From: Eledone cirrhosa
Lineage: Eukaryota
Assembly (NCBI GenBank): GCA_964016885.1
Contig: OZ024741.1
Location: forward strand, 201,252,001-201,316,000
DNA length: 64,000 bases
Direction of reading: 5' to 3'
In this document: piece by piece, positions 55,800 through 64,000 of the stretch
How positions within the stretch are numbered: the stretch's first letter is position 1
Layout: each line of letters begins with the position of its first letter
Notes under the pieces: model-generated
Seen by the model: only the letters and a program-made list of their open reading frames with translations
Databases searched by the model: none
Told to the model about the DNA's origin: nothing
Made by a program: the position numbers and the translations under genes

Positions 55800-56355
55800 T
55801 ATTTATTGATAGCAATGATGGAAGGCAGAGGACTGAATTAAATGCAAGAATTGTTGGAGTTGGTGCAATAATGCGCTAGCTTCAGCAGTGTAAAAACTGA
55901 ACCCGCTATCCTCAATTCTGTATTCTTGCCAACTCTTACCTATGATCATGGGTTTGGGGCTCTGACTGAAAGAATACGATCGTTCATAAAAACGGCCGAA
56001 ATGGCGTTCCTCCAAAGGGTCTAGGAGTAACGTTACTCAATAGGGTACGTAGCTCGGAGATCGAAGAATCTCTCCAAGTAGAGTCGCTACTTCTCCCATC
56101 GAGAGATCACAGCGTTGATATATCGGACATGTGGTTAAGATGTTTAAAGAAAAGTCACGTCAGATTTTATGGGCAAAGTCAACCGGCATGATACCAAGAG
56201 TAGATGCCGAGCATGCTGGATAACATCCATAACCTCGGCTGATCTCACTTGGGGATCTAGCCAGATATTTGGAGACGGTTGCTTCTGACAGGAGCTGCTG
56301 GAAGGAGTGTTTGAGGACTCTTCCCCCACGACACTGCCAAGAAGAAGAAGAAGAA
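55800..56355 (+). mobile_element. RTE (Expander/Rex3-like) 3' fragment
   Basis: SVFLPTLTYDH..LTERIRS..AEMAFL..RVRSSEI..GHVVKM..LPPR then (GAA)n. Confidence 0.8.
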
Positions 56356-57140
56356 GGCGGCAGCGGCGACGACGATGACGATGATGATGATGATGATGAT
56401 GATGATGAGGAGGAGGAGGAGGATAATGATGATGAGGGGAATTAGCATGGGGCTCCTATGCTCGTGAGAGCCATTGGGGCAACTTCCCTAGCTCTCCATC
56501 TGTTAAAATCGCCTTAGTGGTAGTATCCGTCCGTCTCTTCACATGACGGGACTCATCAACCTATCAACCACTATTGAAACATGTCCTACTTAGCTACTGC
56601 TGCTTTCACGTCGCAATTCATCCTCTTGGCCATTTGTGTTGACGTTGTCCGTCTTTAAAATAACTTTGCCATATCTTCTTCAGTCTGACGTGTGTATTAT
56701 GCATGTGTGCGTGCACACATGCATGCATTAAACATGTGTCTTGATAATCAGAAGGAATGCAACGAAGACGATGCTGCTGCAGAGCCGCTTGAGGTGCTAA
56801 AAATAGGAACCAAAATCTCCCTATATTTAAATAAAGAATGAAGAAATTATTGGATAATGTAATTTCTAAATAAATACTCTCTGTCTGAAACAAAAGAATA
56901 TGTGATGATCATAGCTGGAATGTCATTGATCATAGATTTGCTTGATCCCAGATTTGCTTGATCCCAGCTGATTTGGTGTCAAAACAACAGCGACAACAAC
57001 AACGGCTAACTTGGTGTATACACGGCAACAATAAAAACAACGAAAATAACAGCTGACTTGATATATACACAACAGCAATAACAACGACATCAACAACATC
57101 AGCAACGATAACAACAACGGCTAACTGAGGGGGGGGGGGT

Positions 57141-58012
57141 GAACAGCAACAACAACAACGGCAGTAGTAACAACGAACATGACAACAGCAATGACAACAA
57201 CACCAACAGCAGCAATTATAACAACAACAATACCAACAATGACAATAACAGCAACAACAACCACGGCAACAGCAGCAATGACAACAACTACAACACCAAC
57301 AACAGCAACTACTACAACACCAACAACAGCAATGACAACAACAACCACGGCAACAACAACAACAACAACAACATCAATGACAACAACAACAACACCAACA
57401 ACAATGACAACAACAACAACACCAACAACAGCAACTACAACAACATCAATGACAACAATAACCACGGCAACTACAACAACAGCAATGACAACAACAACAC
57501 CAACAACAGCAACTACAACAACAATGACAACAACTACAACACCAACAACAGCAACTACAACAACATCAATGACAACAATAACCACGGCAACTACAACAAC
57601 AGCAATGACAACAACAACACCAACAACAGCAACTACAACAACAATGACAACAACAACAACACCAACAACAGCAACTACAACAACAGCAATGACAACAACA
57701 ACACCAACAACAGCAACTACTACAACACCAACAACAGCAATGACAACAACAACCACGGCAACAACAACAACAACAACATCAATGACAACAATAACCACAG
57801 CAACTACAACAACAGCAGTGAGAACAACCACCACCAACAACACCAACAACAACAACAACAGCAGCAGCAGCAGCAGCAACAACAACATCAATGACAACAA
57901 TAACCACAGCAACTACAACAGCAGTGAGAACAACCACCACCAACAACACCAACAACAACAACAACAACAGCAGCAGCAGCGACAACAACAACAACAACGA
58001 CACCACCAACCA
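57141..58012 (+). repeat. Long CAA-derived cryptic trinucleotide tract with higher-order units
   Basis: Recurring AACCACGGCAAC, AGCAATGACAAC and CACCAACAACAGCAACTAC. Confidence 0.95.
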
Positions 58013-58377
58013 CCAGAGGGAAGGAATTAATTATTTATCACATTAGATAACTGGGTTGACTTTAAAACAACGCTATCTATCCTACATAAACCGTGAAAAC
58101 AGCTTGGCTGCTGCTGCTGATGGTCTTCTCTGACTTCTCCCTTCTATTTTATACCCCCGCTTTCTCTAGTACCCGACTCTCTCTTCCTACTCTCACTTTC
58201 TTTCTCTCTCCATGCCTTTCTTTTCCTCTCCCCCCTGCCTTTCTCTCCTCTTAACCTACCTTTGAAGTTTACAGGTGTGACTCTCGGGTTTCACTTCGGG
58301 TTTTTTTTTCTAAGCAACTTGGATGAAAAAATAACAACAGTAATAATAATAATAATGTTTTCATTTATTAGCCACAT

Positions 58378-58858
58378 AGGCACAAGGCCAGCAATTTTGG
58401 GGGAAGGGCAAGTCGATTAAATCGACCCCAGTACGTGATATTATAATAATAATGTTTCTACTATTGGCACAAGGCCAGCAATTACCCCGTAAGGATGAAA
58501 TGCAAAGTTAACCTCGGCGGGATTTGAACTCAGAACGTAAAGTGCCATAACTCTATGCTGCAAAGTATGGTGTCTGACGCTCTACCGATACTGCCAAACC
58601 ACCAATAATAATAATTCGAATCATTTTACCGCGCCTTTACCATTTTGGATACATTTTGGAATTAGCTGAAAATCGATGAGTCAGTTACTTGTCATTCCCG
58701 ATCGAAAAGTTTTGGTTCGAGAAATATCGGGAAAATACAGTGGATAATAATTGTTTCTACTTTTGACACAAGTCCAGCAATTATCCCAGTATATTACTGG
58801 TACTTTATTTTATCGACCCCGTAAGGGTGAAAGGCAAAGTTTAACCTCGGCGGGATTT
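58378..58858 (-). mobile_element. Cluster of SINE family 1 pieces (58378-58435, 58453-58603, 58749-58858)
   Basis: Match to the family 1 copies elsewhere in the window. Confidence 0.8.
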
Positions 58859-59454
58859 GTGGATACAGTGAATAATACTACACATACTAGAAGGAGGGAT
58901 TTCCCAACTGCTCCTAAGATGTTACATATCATTTCTGATATATTCTGTCTGGATCCTTTCCCATTCTGATTTTAAGTAAGTACATTTATTGTTTTCTTAC
59001 TGATAAAAGGCAAACTGTGTTGATTCAAAATTTTAAAATCAATCAAATATACAGAAAAATCTTTGCTATGCTCAAAGAAAATTGATTACTTTTCATTTGC
59101 ATTTTGTTAACTGTTTATATTTCTTTTTTTTTTTTTTTGCTGTTATTTAGCCCCAGGTCGTTCCAACCACAATCATCCCATTTTTACTGTGATTTATGTT
59201 TGCCTTCTTTTTTTTTTTCGAACCTTGCCGTCCTCCGGGGAAACGCTTTCTCCATTCTGTCCAATACACGAGTTAAATACGATTCTTTCATCGTTACAAC
59301 TAACTATAATTATATTAAATAAACATATGAATCTATCTAGATCTACCTCATCCAATGTGTCCTTAAGATGGTGTGATTTGAGAGGTATTCAGCTATTATT
59401 TCTAGTAGGTCAAACGAAAGAGGTTCCCTCGTTGACTCGTGCATTTTGTCATAG

Positions 59455-59614
59455 CTGCTGCCGTTGCCGTGGTTGTTGTTGTCATTGCTGCTGCTGCTGT
59501 TGTTGTTGTTGTTGCTGTTGTTGCCGTGGTTGTTGTTGTTGTTGTTGCTGCTGCTGTTGTTGCCGTGGTTGTTGTTGTCATTGCTGCTGCTGTTGTTGTC
59601 ATTGCTGTTGTTGT

Positions 59615-59648
<34 letters not shown>

Positions 59649-59840
59649 GTGGTTGTCATTGCTGTTGTTGTTGCTGTTGTTGCCGTGGTTGTTGTTGTTG
59701 TTGTTGCCGTGGTTGTTGTTGTCATTGCTGTTGTTGTTGTTGTCGTGGTTGTTGTTGTTGTTGCCGTGGTTGTTGTTGTTGTTGTTGCTGCTGCTGTTGT
59801 TGCCGTGGTTGTTGTTGTCATTGCTGTTGTTGTTTTTGTT

Positions 59841-59872
<32 letters not shown>

Positions 59873-60175
59873 CGTGGTTGTTGTTGTTGCTGTTGCTGTT
59901 ATTGTCGTAGTTGTTGTTATTGCTGCTGCTGTTGTTGCCGTGGTTGTTGTTATTGCTGCTGTTGTTGTCGTTGCTGCTGCTGTTATTGTTGTTGTTGCTG
60001 CTGTTGCCGTGGTTGTTGTTTTTGTTGTTGTTGTTGTTGTTGTCGTTGCTGTTGTTGTTGCTGTTGTCATTGCTGCTGTTGCTGTTGCTGCTGTTGCCGT
60101 GGTTGTTGTTGTCGTTGCTGTTGTTGTTGTTGTTGCTGTTGTTGTTGTTGTTGCGGTGGTTGCTGTTGTCATTGC

Positions 60176-60212
<37 letters not shown>

Positions 60213-60273
60213 GCTGTTGTTATTGTTGTTGTTGTTGTTGCTGGTGTCATTGCTGCTGTTGTTGTTGTGTTGC
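59455..60273 (-). repeat. Long CAA-derived tract in the opposite orientation, flanked by a 25-bp direct repeat
   Basis: Units GTTGCCGTGGTT and TTGTCATTGCT; CGTTGACTCGTGCAT(T/G)TTGTCATAG at 59430-59454 and 60274-60298. Confidence 0.93.
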
Positions 60274-60690
60274 CGTTGACTCGTGCATGTTGTCATAGTT
60301 ATATTAGCTGGTGATTAGAGATCGATCTAATTGTTCGATTCATAATTAGTAATTTAGAACAATTCAATTTCTGAAACAAATATGTCCTGCATATTACAAA
60401 CATTAATTAGAACTACTTTTGATCGGAATGGTTTCTAAATCAGTGTTATGTCTTAATACTAGAATATATATACTCTAGCTGTCGAAACGGCCGGAGCTCA
60501 GCCGTTGGGGTCCTAAATCTTTTCATATATATATATATATGATGGCTGCAACTCGATTTTGTGTTATTCCATCGCTTGATACTTAAGCATCAGGGAAGTC
60601 CTGCTAGGGACTGGCGTATGGCCAGCAATACTATGCATCGCGAAAATGTCACATATCAAGCTATGTCTGTGCTTGAAGCTTTTTGAAGTG

Positions 60691-60840
60691 AGGAAAGGCT
60701 TTGCACGGAGCCAATCCCACTCTCTGAATATCAAATGCATTTTCCCCAAAAGAAGAACAGGTCTATATAATTGTTCTTCTTTTGAGGCAAATGCATTTGA
60801 TATTTAGAGAGTGGGATTGGCTCCGTGCAAAGCCTTTCCT
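60691..60840. repeat. Palindrome (69-bp arms), followed by a family C hairpin at 60838-60880
   Basis: AGGAAAGGCTTTGCACGGAGCC..AAAAGAAGAACA / TGTTCTTCTTTT..GGCTCCGTGCAAAGCCTTTCCT. Confidence 0.92.
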
Positions 60841-60984
60841 TTCGACGGCTATTTCAGTCCAGAAATAGCCGTCGAAAAGGCTTGAGCTCTGCTGTCAGGG
60901 GTCTTGAACATTTCCCTAATACCCACTCTACTACCCTAAGTATTGAGTACTCTGGTGCGTTATGGTCCATCTGGTTCGTTATAA

Positions 60985-61483
60985 CGTTGTAGTTCCTGTC
61001 TGTTTGTTTGGTTGACTGGTTGTTTGTTCACCAACTCCTCCTATGGTTTGGGAGATAGACCCCCCTAACCATATATATTCTGAAACTACATTTCCCAGAG
61101 TACTTGGATAAGTATATTAAATTTTAATCAAAGAGTTCCCTCGGGGCACAAACCCCAGCTGAAAATGTTTCTCTTCGATTTATATGAAATTTAACCATAG
61201 GTAAATGACAAGATATAATACCTATTCACAAAAGTTTTGAATTGATATTTTGAAAAAAAATATTTACAAGAAACAAAATAATTATAAGATTTAATAATGT
61301 AATTTTGATTTAATATATTACAAAAAATAATGTTTTCCAATTTTTCATGCATTACATTTTACATTGAGTAATATTGAAATGCAGAGTTTTTCTCCATAAA
61401 TTATATCACTGATTTAAAATCAATCATCATTTTCTTACAAAGAAAATGTGTGAAACGCAGCAAGGCGCGGGTAATTTGGCTAG
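60985..61483 (+). mobile_element. Non-autonomous Helitron
   Basis: 5' TGTCTGTTTGTTTG repeats; 3' CGCAGCAAGGCGCGGG..CTAG|T. Confidence 0.65.
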
Positions 61484-61539
<56 letters not shown>

Positions 61540-61542
61540 TAC

Positions 61543-61758
<216 letters not shown>

Positions 61759-61896
61759 TTAGGTTTGAGTAGACCGAATGGGCAACACTTGGGGGCGACC
61801 GGCTAAAGTGGAAGATGGTAGATGGTCGGTCGTCCTCGGGTCTATGATTTTCAGCCCCATGGATTTTATCTGTTACATTCATTTATTATATTTCAA

Positions 61897-61954
61897 ATAC
61901 CTAATGATATCACCGGATTCATACGGAACCCGGTCATTGAAATGATCATAGTAT
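61897..61954 (+). ncRNA. Type I HHR, G5A core variant (probably inactive)
   Basis: ATAC-CTAATGA-TATCACCGG..CCGGTCATT-GAAA-TGATCA-TA-GTAT then AATAAA. Confidence 0.6.
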
Positions 61955-62039
61955 AATAAACCTTTCAAGGATTTACACAAGTCCAGCCTCCTGTTATTTT
62001 ATTATAATTATATATATATATATACATATATATATATAC

Positions 62040-62135
<96 letters not shown>

Positions 62136-62180
62136 GATATTAACAAATGGAAACTATATTTATAAAACTGGTACATATTG

Positions 62181-62245
62181 TATTTTGTCTGATGAAGGCA
62201 TACCATAATTTAACATGGTATCCTTGAAATATGTATAATAAAATA
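62181..62245 (+). ncRNA. Type I HHR, family A, intact core
   Basis: TATTTTGT-CTGATGA-AGGCATACCAT(AATTTAAC)ATGGTATCCTT-GAAA-TATGTA-TA-ATAAAATA. Confidence 0.8.
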
Positions 62246-62474
62246 GATATGTCGTTTCTGAATTTGTTTAGCAAGATTCTTTATCTGAAATCGTGTGTTG
62301 AAACCGATATTGTTATACTTTGGGAGGGTCACGTTGCCAATAAGAAACACACGCACCAGTTGCTTTCACTTCAATTTATTATATATTTATAAATTTATAA
62401 ATTTACAAATCTACAAACTTATAAATTTCTGGTTGGTTGGTTGGTTCCACAACCAGATAGTTGTTTATATATAT

Positions 62475-62519
62475 AGTCATAGTCCTTTCGTCACACACTC
62501 TGTGACCTCTTCAGTGACT
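62475..62519 (-). ncRNA. Type I HHR, family B
   Basis: AGTCA-CTGAAGA-G-GTCAC(AGAGTGT)GTGAC-GAAA-GGAC-TA-TGACT. Confidence 0.8.
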
Positions 62520-62653
62520 GGGGATTCCTTTCTTCGTTTCTGTGCCTTTTCTTTCTTCTATCCTATGACATTTTGTTTCTGTGTGTGTGTTGTGTGCTCA
62601 GTTTGCATAGGATAGAAGAAAGAAAAGGCACAGAAACGAAGAAAGGAATCCCC

Positions 62654-62698
62654 AGTCACTGAAGAGGTCACAGAGTGTGTGTCGAAAGGACTATGACT
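62654..62698 (+). ncRNA. Type I HHR, family B (inverted twin)
   Basis: Same motif with one stem II mismatch (GTGTC). Confidence 0.78.
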
Positions 62699-63053
62699 AT
62701 ATATATAAACAACTATCTGGTTGTGGAACCAACCAACCAACCAGAAATTTATAAGTTTGTAGATTTGTAATTTTATAAATTTATAAATATATAATAAATT
62801 GAAGTGAAAGCAACTGGTGCGTGTGTTTCTTATTGGCAACATGACCCTCCCAAAGTATAAAAATAGATATGGTTTTATAAATATAGTTTCCATTTGTTAA
62901 TATCGTATATATACTCCAAATACTTGTCGAGCGCTTTATATCAGTTATAAAAATATTTGCTTGTTGTATCCCAACAATTTAAATAGAACTTTTGCATATA
63001 CATATATATATATATTTATATGTATGTATTTATATATATATATATATTTATAC

Positions 63054-63099
<46 letters not shown>

Positions 63100-63258
63100 A
63101 TATATATATATATGTGTGTGTGTGTACATATATATACATATAAGTTCATAAAAGTTCGTTTTCGTACAAAACCCATACTACTCAAAATATGGATGAAACG
63201 TTCGTAGTTTAATTAAAATGATATATAATTAACTGTTTTGGTATTTTGTATTAGTTTA

Positions 63259-63307
<49 letters not shown>

Positions 63308-63506
63308 AATATATAAACACACACACATGTACATATATACACATATATATATTTACATATACACGTATATATATATACACACATTTATATACAAAAGGAT
63401 ATATACACATATGTATATGCATGTATATATATACATATGTATATGTATATATATACATTTGTATATATACATATATATATATATATATAAATATATATAC
63501 ATATAT

Positions 63507-63546
<40 letters not shown>

Positions 63547-63611
63547 TGCCCCCTCGTTATCGAGTATAGCCATTACACTACGTACCATTATTAATAATTA
63601 TTAATTACTTC

Positions 63612-63794
63612 TGGATTGGCAGTATCGGTAGAGGGTCGGACGCCATGATTTGACGCATAGAGTTACGGCCCTTGCCATCTGAGTTCAAATCCCGCCAAGG
63701 TTAACTTTGCTTTACATCCTTACGGGGTCGATAAAATAAAGTACCAGTAATACACTGGGTAATTGCTGGCCTTGTGCCAAAAGTAGAAACAATT
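63612..63794 (+). mobile_element. SINE family 1, near full length
   Basis: A box, GAGTTCAAATCCC, core, 3' end. Confidence 0.9.
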
Positions 63795-64000
63795 AATTAC
63801 TTGTATCGTGCAATGCTTGTGTGTGAAGATTTTTTTTAAAGTAATCCCACTCTCTGAGCGACAGTAGCTATAACCCGAAAGAAAAGATCAACATCATCGG
63901 TAACTACTGACTAGCAGGTTTAATGTCGGAGTTATCCCAGTTTCCTGAGTTGCCTTCTCCTAGAAGAATGCCCTGACGAAGGCTAGGGGTCCTTCACTCC

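Larger units (their letters stand above)
62252..62859 (-). mobile_element. Non-coding PLE-like family B insertion with 255-bp inverted arms and 12-bp TSD
   Basis: Arms 62313-62567 and 62606-62860; AAAATAGATATG at 62240-62251 and 62860-62871. Confidence 0.85.

Noticed and set aside
59189-60298. 369-aa Cys-rich ORF resembling a metallothionein or keratin-associated protein
   Set aside because: It is a by-product of a TTG/CTG tract that is open in most frames on both strands.

Overview
AT-rich, microsatellite-dense animal DNA with no host gene I can confidently call. The SINE and microsatellite content looks most like an octopus/cephalopod genome (inference). Almost all long ORFs are artefacts of (TA)n/(CA)n/(CAA)n tracts. 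The real coding remnants are transposon pieces: a decayed CRE-clade element, three R4/Dong-like copies in (TAA)n, a CR1-group APE+RT ORF2 with an internal deletion, several RTE-clade 3' ends, a Helitron RepHel fragment plus non-autonomous Helitrons, and four Penelope-like (PLE) fragments. Two tRNA-derived SINE families are also present. The most notable hidden layer is RNA structure: about a dozen intact or degenerate type I hammerhead ribozyme (HHR) motifs from several PLE-like terminal-repeat families, some with very long stem II. Many lie in or beside near-perfect palindromes (arms up to 255 bp), and several palindromes turn exactly at the putative HHR stem II. Other oddities are a tRNA-like Pol III unit in the loop of an inverted repeat and two oppositely oriented ~0.85-kb CAA-derived tracts, one flanked by a 25-bp direct repeat. 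All structures were read by eye; boundaries of decayed elements are approximate.
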